A stretch of 64,000 nucleotides of DNA, taken from Guillardia theta CCMP2712 (Eukaryota > Protista > Cryptophyta). The notes beneath the pieces are model-generated. The model saw only the letters and a program-made list of their open reading frames with translations, did no database searches and was not told where the DNA came from. The position numbers and the translations under genes were made by a program. How positions within the stretch are numbered: position 1 is the stretch's first letter; each line of letters opens with the position of its first letter. This document shows positions 35,133 to 50,410 of this stretch, piece by piece. Location of the stretch: the NCBI RefSeq assembly GCF_000315625.1, contig NW_005434585.1, positions 138,616 to 202,615 of the forward strand, in the 5' to 3' direction.

Positions 35133-35500
35133 ACAACTTGATCTCAATTATATTTGAAAGGTCTGAGGTGCATGAATGGCATCAAGTTCTTCAAGTTGCG
35201 TGAAGCATGATCAAGTTGAAACTTGCCTTTGAAACAGATAACCTGCGATTCGAGCCCTTTGTCATTCGATGCTCTTGAATGTCATTCATACCTGCCATGT
35301 TGCGTTTATGTATGCCTTCTCGAGCAATGGACTCTGGATTGTCTGAAAGCATCTTTATAACTATTATTAACAATAATACATCTATTTTTTCGTTGTACAA
35401 TAACAAATCAGAAGATTGAAAACGAGAGGTTTGGAAGAAAGTATACTCCCCCACTCTCTGTATCGCCCGTATCTCTTCGCTCCTCGCTCAACCCCTTGGC

Positions 35501-36076
35501 ATGAACGAAAGAAGCTCCCCTCCGCTCGATGTCTCCACCAGCAGAGCCATGATCAATCCCGACATTGCGCGCGAAATTTTCATGGCTGCCAAGAAGCAGA
35601 TGGAAACAGGGTCTGTCTGGAAGCCGACATCTTTGAGTGTTGAGCTCGGGATAAAGTACGGGGTAACCGCCAAAGCAATTCGAGACATCTGGAACAAGAG
35701 AACATGGGCGCATGCGACGCTGGAGTTATGGTCAGACGAGGAGCGATCCAGGTACAAGAAGATGCGAACAGGCAATCACACACCAACCAGAGAATGCCTC
35801 TATACACAAGATGGACAAGAAGCAGCAGCAGCGCACGATAGTGAGGGGAGGGTCCTTCACGATCAACATGCAACGCAAGGTTCATCTAGTAGCATCGAAG
35901 ACGTTTCGATCACAGGCAACTGCGACGCATTTCAAATTGTTGATGTTAGTCGAGATAGCGACGGGTTCTCAAAAGACGGATGGATGACTTGTCCGGAGAG
36001 GATAGCCTTGTTTCTGCAGAACATACCTGAAGTGCAATTTGATGCAGAGATCCGAGATCCAAGAAGACTATTTTGA
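35501..36076 (+). CDS. HTH-like putative DNA-binding protein, family copy 4
   Basis: RAMINPDIAREIF…LGIKYGVTAKAIRDIWNKRTWAHAT; DGWMTCPERIALFL. Confidence 0.87.
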   Translation: MNERSSPPLDVSTSRAMINPDIAREIFMAAKKQMETGSVWKPTSLSVELGIKYGVTAKAIRDIWNKRTWAHATLELWSDEERSRYKKMRTGNHTPTRECLYTQDGQEAAAAHDSEGRVLHDQHATQGSSSSIEDVSITGNCDAFQIVDVSRDSDGFSKDGWMTCPERIALFLQNIPEVQFDAEIRDPRRLF

Positions 36077-36459
36077 TTACAACCTCTTTCTAACAGTGGT
36101 ACAGATTGTCAGCACCCCTTTGGTTATATTTATACCTCGGGCGATACCGCGTTTGATTTACCCATTGGTCGATTGAGAATGCTTCTGAATTGTTCTCCTT
36201 ATCGCATTCAATGGAGCTCTTGGCGTTGTTCCACTTGTCCTCAGTACACTCTTGCCTAGAACAATTTTGTATACAGTAAACGTTGACTTCGATGCAACCT
36301 TTCTCTTGAGTTGTATTGGTACTGAGGAAATCGAATATGGATTGGGAATACAGTACATTTCCCCTACAATTTTCAGAGAAAACACCGTGGTGTCTAGTCA
36401 CCGAGTTAAGGGAGGTTGATGTATTGTACACAAATAGAGGAAATTCTACAACAGGTTCA

Positions 36460-37338
36460 CTTGTCCTGGGATGTCTTGTCCTGTAGAACCAGCGGGCCAG
36501 GCCAAATCATCCTCCTGGAGCCCATGTTCACACAACACCCGAGTTACAAGAGTCTGCATCTTACATCTCAAACGGCGGGAGGCTCTGCAACCTGAGCTGG
36601 CTGTGACAAACAACATTCAGAGGAGGGTGGGCAGTTGAGACAATGAGGACCGTATCCCATTCACAAGCTGCTGCGACGACTGGATCCACCAGTCCGGATC
36701 AAGGTAAGCACTTGGAGCTACGTTTCAGATCTCATCCTCAAACCATGAGTGGCTTACAAGGCAGATGAGCGCATGTCATGCTGAAACGACTTCCAGTCGG
36801 GATGCACTACGCTGCCGTCCTGCCAAATCCACTTCAGCTCCAATAAGATCCTCTTGACACCCTCTCTTTCTCTTCAACACTCACTCCTCCTTCTCCACCG
36901 CACTCTAGCTCAATCTCTTACCCGGATGCCACTGTCGCACAACTTCACTCCATCTTGCAGCCACACCATCCCGAACCTGATCTGCAGAGGGTTCCGCCCT
37001 TCGGAGCCCTGAGCTCTGACAGTAGAAATCAGGACCATTGCAGCAGCAATGAAGGACAACGTGATCGGTCCGAAGTGCTCAGCTTGATGGGTCGTGTTGG
37101 TTTGCAAAACAAGGAGAACAATGTGTGCCTGCGATTCCGTTCAGATTGTGCGAGTGGAAGGAGGGAGGGAGGGAGGGAGGGAGGGAGGGGGGGGGGGAGG
37201 GAGGGCAGAAACGAGGGAGGGAGGGCGGGGGGGAGGGACATGGTGGGTCAGACTCACTCTGAGCACGTTGGTGGTGTCCTCCCCCCCGACCTTGACGTTC
37301 AGTTTCTGCCCTGACGGTCCGCAGAACCATACCAGCAT
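36460..37338 (-). CDS. ubiquitin-like domain protein (multi-exon; ends approximate)
   Basis: Spliced MLVWFCGPSGQKLNVKVGGEDTTNVLR…LQIRFGMVWLQDGVKLCDSGIR|DGSVVH parallels ubiquitin MQIFVKTLTGKTITLEV…LEDGRTLSDYNIQKESTLH. Confidence 0.6.
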
Positions 37339-37966
37339 TGAACGCGCCTCCTCCTTGCTCGCTGGCGGGGCGAGGCATGAGGAGCAATGATACCGATATT
37401 TACTTAGTGATCGACTTAGATGTTGAAGGACCTTGTATCCTGGCCCTGAATGAAGTGCCTCTGAGGCGGGGGACTGGTTGGGAAGGGGAGCTGGCATGGC
37501 GATGTTCGGGATGGTGATGGAATATCAGGCGGTGAAGGACGAGGTGAGGAAGGAGGAGAGAGGAGGAGGAGGAGAGAAACAGGAACATGGAAAGAGGAAG
37601 AGAGGGACGGGATGAGGGAAGTGGAGAGAGCAGGTGGAGGGGGAGGAGGAGGAGGAGGAGGAGAGGGAGAGGGATGGAGAGAATGAGGAGAGGAAAGCGG
37701 AGAAGGGGAGAGATGAGGAGGAGAGGGAAAGGGGGAGGGTAGAAACATAAAAAGAGAGGGAAAGGTAGGAGAAGAGATACCAGGAAGGAAGGGCGGGGGA
37801 AACGCAGCAAGGCAAGTGATGTTACAGGGGTCAGTGATACAGCAGAAGAGCAAACTTGCGGTGAGAGGCTGACATGATGGAGAACTGAGACAGATACCCA
37901 TTGAAAGGGGAGGGATGAGATGGAGGGATGGAGGGATAGTTTGAGGGAGGAAGGCAGGCGGCCATA

Positions 37967-38784
37967 ATGTTCGACGATATCTCTAACTTTGCTGTCTCCC
38001 AGCCTTCATTAGCAGGCAAGGATTTGAGGATCCCTGCGCGTCAGCACAGCAATGTGGACAAAGCAGGTGCTTGATCCTGCCCTCTGCATCTTCGAAGTCA
38101 CCGACACGACATTGCAGGCAAGGTGTGGCGGCAGAGCTCGATCCTCAAGGCATGCTGTCGTTGTTGGCTGCCATGGCGGCTGTGACCCGTCGGTTGCAGA
38201 TATGGAAGGAACGCCATGTCGTCGTCACAAAAGACTCCCTCATGTTCTGGTGCTGCCTGCTGGTGGTGGACTGACGAGGAGGCTGACTGGGGCCAGGTAT
38301 ACAAGTGAGGCGGATTCAGCGCCGGAAGATGTCATCTCGCTGAAGAAGGTTTGTCCCAACTACTCCCACCTGCGTGACCACCTGCGGGCCAGGCTACGGG
38401 AGTTAGGAGGGACGACAGCGCAAACCGGCCGTACACGTTTATCATATCTGCAAGAGGGGTGATGACAAGCTGTGAGAGGTGGAGATTGTGTGATGTTGGT
38501 GGACAGGGGACATTCTATCAGTTCAGTGCGAACAGCGACGAGGAGCTGGAGTCTTGGTTGAGAGTGATCGGTATGCTGACCTGAGAGGTTGGAAGCATGG
38601 AGGCGATGCTGATGCTGCTGTGCAGGCAAGGCTATTGTGCGTGGAAGCACGACGGAGTGGGATGAGACGAGTGACAGGCTCGCTGAGTCGCAGCAATAAT
38701 GAAAGTTTTGTGCTGTCGTATGTTGCCCTTGATTGCATGATCGACACGGCTGTTTCACCCTTTTTGTTCACGAACATAACATAG
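37967..38784 (+). CDS. small PH-domain protein
   Basis: WKERHVVVTKDSLM, PEDVISLK, RPYTFII, TFYQFSANSDEELESWLRVI: typical PH strands and C-terminal helix. Confidence 0.72.
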
Positions 38785-38965
38785 CAGCCCACAGATGGAA
38801 CATTATGGTTGAACGGGAAATGCTCGCACATGCTGGCTCCTGTGCATGTAAACTACATCTACATGGTAACTTCAATATCATTGCACGAAGACAAGGTCCG
38901 CAATGACTGCGTGGACACTGAAAACATCATTAGAGGACAGTAGGGAAGGAAAACACAATTTTTTC

Positions 38966-40466
38966 TCACCTCTCCGTGTCATCCAACGTTGCCGCCTCGT
39001 CTGCGTCTGATTGGGGCGCGACTGAGTCCGTCTCCTCCTGTGGATGCATGTCCTCTGTCACAGCCTCCGTCAGGGAAGCAGTTGGGCTCTGCAGAGTCAC
39101 TGGAGGAGGTGGCAGGTGATGGTCATCCCTTCCGATGACTTTGACAGTCAGCACGCTCGGCGACTTGGGCTGAAAATGAGGCGGTGAGAAGAGAAGAAGG
39201 CAAGTGAAGGGATCCTGAGCAGTTGTTGGTGAGATTGAGAAAGCCATGTTCTTGACAGTCACCTCGTTGGAGCTTGACTCCTCATCCACCATCCTTGACC
39301 TGTACGATTCTCGAATTGCGATCTGTGTTGCAGAGGTCAGTCGGTCCAGGAAGAGCTGGAAATGTCTACCTCTATCCTCTCCAGACTCTTCTGAGACTCC
39401 TCCAGCGCCTGCTCCTGCGCGAATTCTGTGAGGGGAGGACACTGGTGGTAGCCCTCAGACTTCACCTTTGCAATCATTCTCTCCTCCTCGTTCTTCTTCC
39501 TTGCATTCTACATCATCGTGGTCAGGCTCGCAAGAGAGGAGAGAGGAGCAAAGGTCAGACCTCGATGTCATCTTGTAGCCTCGAGAGAAGGAGGGACTTG
39601 AGCTTGTCCTCCAGCACAAAAAGAGGCAGAGAGGAAGGGTCCACTCCCTCAGAAACAACCCGCAGCAGGTCATCGCTGACAATCTTGTACGTCAGCACCT
39701 GGGGTACTCTTCTCCGCTTGTTCAGCCGGTCGCTGGGCTCGGAGTTGGTGGAGCTGTGGAGCGTCGAGCAAGAAGAGAGGGACTTCATCGTGAGGTTTTG
39801 TGAAAGGAGAGTTTGGTTCGGGTCCACGTCAACACTGTTGTGGTTCTGAGCGAGCAGGCTCTGATTCGTATAGGAGTCCTCGTGGTTGGAAGACCTGATG
39901 GATCTGAAAGAATTCGTCAAGACGTCCTGCTCCTTTGAGTCTGCGAGGCAAAGGAGGGAGAATGTCCAGACTTCCTTCTTGTCTCCTTGCACTTTCACCT
40001 CCTGCTCGACTTCAATCTCAACCTTTCTAGACCTGCTCGTAGCTTCGCGAACGATGTCAAGCCATAGTTGATCGCTGATGTTGTTCGAAATGTTCCATCG
40101 CACCGAGCGATCTTGTCCCAGACTTGTCACGCAGACGACCTTGAAGCCTCCAGCACCATTTCCTATTCCTGATTCCCACCCGTTCCATTTCGCCCATTGC
40201 GGTTTTGACCTAAGAAGGCGCGCGCGCGTCACTGGAGTGCCAGGAATGACCTCATGTATGTATAGAAAACCAGAAGCACTTCTGGAGTACTTGATCCCGA
40301 GCTGCCAAGAAGCTTCTTTCTTCACCTCCAACATCTTTGCGCTGGCGCTCTGTGCGGATGCAGCGTTCAAACCTGCCTGAAATGCGTTGTTGTAGCTCAT
40401 GTAAGTTTCTTTTGAGATCATCAAGCTATCTGCCCTCGTGCTCGGGTTTGTGTGCATAATGCACAA
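38966..40466 (-). CDS. hypothetical protein with PDZ-like segment (ends uncertain)
   Basis: 303-aa ORF with QLGIKYSRSASGFLYIHEVIPGTPV; basic KRRR; further exons 38966-39520. Confidence 0.5.
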
Positions 40467-41146
40467 CGATATTCACCTGGTCTTTAGCACAACATTTCTG
40501 TATTGATCAAAAGAGAAGACCCAGCGTTCCTGCTGAAAACTGTGCCCTCAAACTCTGCGCCCCTGCCAGTCCGATCTCAGCACAATGCCCTTCTAACAGA
40601 GCAAACTGTCGATGACCTGCTCTCTTCTCAAACTATCTCAACCCAAACTTCCATCAAAGTCATCAAAGAAACTACAATTCGATGAAATCTATCGCCAGCA
40701 CTATCAGAACCAATGCTTTTGCTACGTCTATGCTGTCCACTCTGTTTCTCCACCTCCTTGTCCGCGTCTGTCTCCTTATCATACCGAGTTGATTCCTCCC
40801 TCGCGGCTTTCATACACGGTATCTCTTTCCCATCATCTCCATGACTCATCAACTCTCGAAAGCTTACAACATAGGACTTTCTCGTTGCGCTATTGTGCAA
40901 CACCCCATGTTGTCATTTAAACTATCGGGAAACTTTTACAGGCCCAACTCCGAGGCTCCTGCTAGCGGCTACATACGGTAGCTCCTTCGACATCGCTATC
41001 CTGCTCTCACGCACATTCCTTCTTTCCTCACTCCTCTTTCCGTCCTTCTCCTTCCTCCCTCCTTCCTCCTCCCTCTTCAATCCCTTCCATCCTGCGTCCC
41101 TCCTGCCATCGCCGCCGGACGACGGAAATTCAGTCTTGACTAGCGG

Positions 41147-41500
41147 ACCCCTACCACCCCACCCTTTGACTCCTGACCCACAATCATTTACTTCCAGCGG
41201 TCTGGACCCCCTCATGACTGAGCTTTACCCAAACAAGAATCTGTACCCTGGATACTTCTTGAGGCAACCACTTTGAGTTTCGATGTTCTAACTAGATGCA
41301 TAAGTGATTTTGGGTATCCATTACACAGAGGCATCCTGGATACCACTACCTGCTAACCCTGACCACCCCATCAACATTTTTGCAGACCTTGTGTTGCCAC
41401 CCTTCCCAAAGTCACCCCCACCCCCTCTTTCGGAAATATCAACTAATCACATATGGGGCCGGGCAAAGGGCTCCCCGAGGCCAGGGGTAGAGGGGTACCC
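41147..41500. repeat. ACCCC/GGGGT-rich patch
   Basis: Many ACCCC/TACCC words on +, flipping to GGGGT at ~41455-41500. Confidence 0.6.
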
Positions 41501-41572
41501 ATGATCTATTAGGATCAGACCTATAGATCTCGAGAGAAACGAGGGGTAAGAACTGGACAAAGATGCAACTGT

Positions 41573-44787
<3,215 letters not shown>

Positions 44788-44883
44788 GCTGGAACAAAAA
44801 GAAATGAGGCGAGAGTTTGCGTTTGTGTTTGCGTATGAATCACGAACCAGCCAGTCGGCCTGCCAGTACTCTGACACCAACTT

Positions 44884-46213
44884 TTATCTCCCCCTCCTCT
44901 GCTGCTGCTGCTGCTGAATCCCATACACGATCTTCTTTTGCATGCGTTTGACTTGGTTCCTTTTCCGATCCTCCTCTCCCTCCTCGTCTGATGAGTCCAT
45001 GGCGCTGGAGCCGAGGGGAGCATCTTTCTCTTCTCCTACAAGGCTGCGGCGTTCGAACATTGCGACGGGCGTGTTGGTCTTGATTGCATGCTCTTTGGAT
45101 GCCTGAGAAAGATGAGATGAGAGATGAAGAAAAAACAATGAGAAGGTGGGAATGGAGTTGTTGTGAGCAGGGAGTACAGCGATGGAGCAAGAAGACGAAG
45201 GAAAGAAAGGAGCAAAGGGGTCCGTGATATGTAGGGTGGGAAGAGAGAAAAAGGGAAGGAGGAAGGGAGGGAGAAAGGGAGGGAAGGAAGGGAGGTGGGA
45301 ATGAGAAGGAGGAACGAGAGGTAGAGAGAAAGTGCGTGTTTGAGGCAGGGAACCTTGAGCTGGAGCCGGGCAGACCTCCCTGCTGTTTCAGGGTCCTGGT
45401 ACCGATGGGAAGGAGAGGAGAACGCGATTTCATCTTCGACTTGCCATGGAGGGATGTAGGGACCGGGGGGGATGCGAACATATTCATTCCTTTCGCTGAC
45501 TCTCAAGCGCTTCGGAATCTTGCAAACATGCAGTTTCTGTAGAGAACGTGAGAAAAAAAAGATAGGAGAGAGGAAGGGCAGAAAGAGAGGAAAGAAGAAA
45601 AGGGGAGTAAGGAGAAGAAGGAGGAGAAGTTGGAGATGGAGATCTAGGAGGCGATCGATGAAGGAGACAGGGGAAGGAAGAGGGGTTGATACAGAGGGGT
45701 TTGAGAAGCAGTTGAAACAAGACGAGGAAGGGCGAGGCTCAACAAAGGAGTCGAAGATCAAGAAGGTTTGTTCCGTTGCAACAACCAACACATTGGTTGC
45801 CAAAAGAATGAACAGAAGAAAGCAAATCATTCAGGTAAGAAGAATGTGGTGCTCACCTCCTCTAGTCCCATCTTCCTCCTCAACCAGACGACCACCCTGG
45901 TCCTGTCTACCCACTTGTTGTTCTCAGACGCCGCTACGTCAAGGGGAAGTTTGCGGTCATAAGGCCTTTTGCACCACATATCTGCTCCTCCTTTCTCCAC
46001 CAGCAACCGCGTCACCTGCTCCTCTGTCAGAATCTCCCCACCTCCATCACCAGCCTCGACTGATCGATCTCGGCCCACTCCTCGCTCCGTGCTGCGTGCA
46101 CCTCTACTCCTCGGACTCCTCTACGCTCCTGTCGTACTCTTCATTCAGCTCTTGCCCGCTTTTTCAACCTTGTTTCGAACTTCCCCTGGCTTCTGACTTT
46201 TGTGCCCTCCTCT

Positions 46214-46253
<40 letters not shown>

Positions 46254-49200
46254 TTCTACTACCTTGAAATGTCCCCAGAAAGCGGAGAGATGAAGAGCAG
46301 TCGACCCACACAGCCTTCGTGCTGTCACGTTGGCCCCGAGGAGGAGGAGGTTCCGACAAGTCTCCACGTGACCTCCCCATGCCGCCAGGTGCAGAGCTGT
46401 CGAGAAGGCATTGGAAGGGTTATGGGCGTTTACAACGGCGCCCTGAAAGAAGAGATCAGCATGACTTGCAATAAGAGCGAAAGGAGTTGATGATGGGAAG
46501 TCTTGCTTCGATTGGCATCGTTTCTTGTCAGTTTGTTCACTTGCAAGAACGTCCCTTGTTCTATCTCCCTTATCTCAACAAGATAGTGCAGATCCAACAT
46601 GACCACAACCCGACATGATGAATAACGGAGATGTTAAGAGATTACCATGTCCATCAGATACTGTAATTTGTTGATGTCCTTTTCGCCTTTCTTCACCAAC
46701 GACCAAAAGTTGTATTGGACTGCAGGAGTCCAGAAGAATTTCTTGCAGTCTGTAAACATCATCGAGTTCAACTGGAAGACGATGCGTAAGGGGATCAAAC
46801 TTTGGTGAGCGCATCTTACATCAAACGGTCTCCCGTAAGGATTGACGTCAAAGCCCAAGATCCACACAGCGTCATATGTGATGTTAAGTATTGGTTTCTC
46901 AACGATGGACTCTTCCTGCTTCGCTTGCTCTATCTCTGACTGCACCAATTGGACATATCAGGCGTAACGAGTGATCGACGAGCAGTGCATACCAGCGATT
47001 TCTCCATGAAAGATCGAGCTTGCACCAGACGGTCGAGGTCTTGAAAAAGAAGTCTTTCTTGACTTGCATAGACATCATCTTTCTCGTCGACAATCTCACT
47101 ATCAGCTTCCTTCTTGTTCCGCCCTTTGTTGAATCGAAGACGAAAGATTGCCTTGTTGATTTTCTTGAGCTCTTTCTGCAATGATTTTGATTTGCTCAAG
47201 ACATCATCATATACAAACATCGCACGTCTCACCTCCAACGCCAGTGCCATCTTATCCAAATCATATTCACCATCTTGTGTCTTGAAACTTTCTTCAATCT
47301 ACAAAATATTGAGACCCGGAATAACAACAAATCAATTCGATCCTCCTCACATTCTGAACTATGTCATTCGTAATAGGTAAGTCTCCGACGAACTCCGGGA
47401 GATTTGCGCTTTTCAAGACTCAATGTGGAATAAGGAAGCGCAAACATTCTTCTCACTCGTCCGGGCTGTTGAACAACCTCGCCTCGGCAGTTTGCTCCCA
47501 CTGATTAAAATCTCACCATGAGCTCAACGACCAATCAAGTCGCTACCTCATCTCTCCTGTCTTGTCGATCCCTCAAGATCGCATACCTGGTCGGGATAAA
47601 GTATCTTCAAATCCGTATCAGATGTCGTCTTGGAACATCAGAACAAGAGCACGTTGCTCCCCGGAATGGCGGAAAGAATTTGCGGATGACAGATTTGGGA
47701 AGGTGGTGCATTTCAAACTCCCCGCCCACTGTTCAAATGCTCAGTGGGTCAGAACTGTCCAGTCAGGACTGTCCCGAGCTCAAAGTGTGTTACCGTATCT
47801 CTGAACAAAGTCGTCGAAACCAAGAAAGTTGTACTTGGTGCTGTGCGCTACCTGATGTCAACGTGTAAGAGAATGAGAGAGCTTCGTTGACGCCACACAT
47901 TGTCAAAGTCCTCGACGGAGGAGGAGATGGATCCAGCAACTTCTTTCTGAGCTCTTTTGAATTCTCTCCTTTCTCGATCTCTAGTGACTAGACGATGAAA
48001 ATCAAAGTCGTCCTCGATGATCTTGTTCCTTGGCGCACAATCAACTTCAACTGCCGGCATCATCGAGTTTTACAACACATACCCAATCATCCGATAGATG
48101 GTTATCTCCTCGCGGTTGAACTGTACACGCTGTGAGTGATTTGCTTCGAAACATTTCTTGTGACCTTTTTCCTCACATAAGCTCTCATCTTGTCTAATTT
48201 CGGATCTTGAAAGTCGTCACGCATACGATACAAGCAAAAGATCATCCGCAATTACCATGAAACAGCACATTTCTTCTCTCCTTCAAGGCAGCTTTCTCTT
48301 GTCTCTTGTCTTTCTCAGGATCGGAATCGATCCAGTCCTTTTTGATCTCACTTCGTATATCCATATCCTCGATCTCTTGATTCCAATCTGTCTTCTGTTC
48401 CCTCATCATCTCTGTGCGCATTCGATCCTTCTTCTTTCTCCTCCACATTCGAGGATCCGGAGGGAGAAGGTGTTTGGGGACCTTTTCCGTTCCCCACTCA
48501 AAATTCTCAAGAGGATCGAGTACGTCTCTGCTATCGTACTTGTTTTTCCTCTTTTCTCTGAGCCATGGCGGCTTTGGGCGATAAGAAAAATCCGAAGAAA
48601 GGATCGTCGGTTCTTCGCCATCTGTAGATTCATCGCTGGATTTCAGGTCTTCATCACTTGTACGACCTTCCTTGCTGGATTTTCGTGTGCCGGCTGATTC
48701 TTCTGTTTCAGAATCGTCGCTCTCCCTCTCAGTAGAACGATAAAAGGAAGGAAGAGAGTGGGTCGTGGTGAATGAGCTTCTGTCCCGATGCTCGTCCTGG
48801 ACCGCTTGTTCCGTCTCCACCTCACTTTGAACTTCCTCACTCTCCAAAGCTTCCATCACATCACGTCTTGCCTCTTCAAGCTGAATGTCATGCAAGTCAT
48901 GATGCTCCGGCCCTGCCCCTGCACCTTCTTTCCCCGCTTCCTCCACCTCCTCTTCGCTAGGATGCAGCAGCATGCTGGTGAAGTTCACAAGTCCGTCGAC
49001 ACCAACGTGCTCGTCGGTCGGTGGGAGGAGCCCTGCTGTGCGACGAACGACTTCCTGCCACCGTTGACATCAAGGAGGCTGTCAGGATACGTTCAGCTCT
49101 TTCACTCACACTCTCAGTTGCGGACTGAGATCGGTCCTCAGCAACAGGGTTGAATTCTACTTCACCATTCCGTATCTTGACCTGAGTCGAGCAAGCCGAT

Positions 49201-49963
49201 CAGCATGTCAGCCATGAGGAGGAGAGAGGAAATACTTCAGAATCTGATGAGGTCACTCCATAGAGCTCCGCGGGAGGCTGCGTCTTGCTCATCGACTGAT
49301 GCTAACGTCAGCGGCTGGTCAAGGACTTGGAGACCAACTTGTTGCGATGGCGAGTCGCTGTCGTCAGAGTCGGACGACTCTGCGGTTCCATCAGTGAGCA
49401 TGGGCTGGGACGAGGTCTTGCGATAGTCCAGGTATCTGCAGCACTCCGTGACCTGTAAGACTTGCAGGAAAACATTCAGAGTCACCTGCCCTTCTCTTCC
49501 TCGTCCTCCTCCGGATCGTCTTTGGGGTTGATGAGGCTCTCGTAGAAGCCCATCTTTCTCATCATCCTCATCGCCTTCACTTCGTCTCTCGGAAACTCCC
49601 TGTTAATCGCCGCCGCGAATGATCCTACTTTCTTCTTCTTCTTCTCTGCAATGATCATCAGTCAGGACCTGCGCCTTCTCAAGGTAGCCAAGTACCCATG
49701 TAGACGGAGAGTCTCGGCGTGTTGTCATGGGGAATGGCCTTTACTCCAGTGTAGTCGAGGACATCAGGACCGATCTTGTGGTCCCTCGTTATCCTCTTCC
49801 TCTTCCCGCCTCCTCTGAGCGCCATGGTCGGGAGGGCTACCGGCGTTGCTGAATGCCTCGCAATGAATCTCGCATGAGAGCATGAGGCTGGAGGGTCAGG
49901 TGACCCTTGAGAGGTCAAGACAACAGCAAGAGAAGTAAAGAAAAGCGCTGCTCTCCTCCTCAT
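44884..49963 (-). CDS. large signal-peptide/LRGG-leader protein with C-terminal ankyrin repeats
   Basis: Ankyrin repeats YLMDM|GAVVNAHN…TALHLAAWGGHVETCRNLLLLGANV…STALHLSAFWGHFK|VTRLLVEKGGAD; acidic/basic middle region (48242-48988); N-terminal MRRRAALFFTSLAVVLTSQG…ALRGG. That it is one gene is inferred. Confidence 0.62.
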
Positions 49964-50292
49964 GGCGACTCCCTCAGGTATCGCTCCACAGGAAGCGATG
50001 CGCCCTGTCGTTGCTGGGAACAAGGCATGGTGGCTTCAATCAGGTTCAGGTTCAGGTTCAGGTTCAGGAGGAGGAGACTGTTGTTGCATGCCAAACTAGC
50101 TTCTCCTGCATGAGCGTCGGCCATGATCATGCATGCTGTCGCTGGTCAGTAGCATCGCCATGAGCTGCAGCGTACCCGTGTCGAACCGAGTCCAGGAAGG
50201 TGCCATGCTGTGTATAAACAGTTCGAGCTGCTGCTATTTATTGTAAATCAATTAGATCTTGGATTTATTAGGCTGTCGGGGATCGAGCAGGA

Positions 50293-50330
<38 letters not shown>

Positions 50331-50410
50331 AACAAGACTAGAACCAGGATCAGAACGAGGAGGCGAGGGGAGAGCAGGGGCAGAAGCGGGGGATGGAGCA
50401 GTAGGAGGCG

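Noticed and set aside
32817-36076. HTH genes as autonomous transposons or homing endonucleases
   Set aside because: No DDE, HNH or tyrosine-recombinase catalytic domain, and no terminal repeats or TSDs seen.
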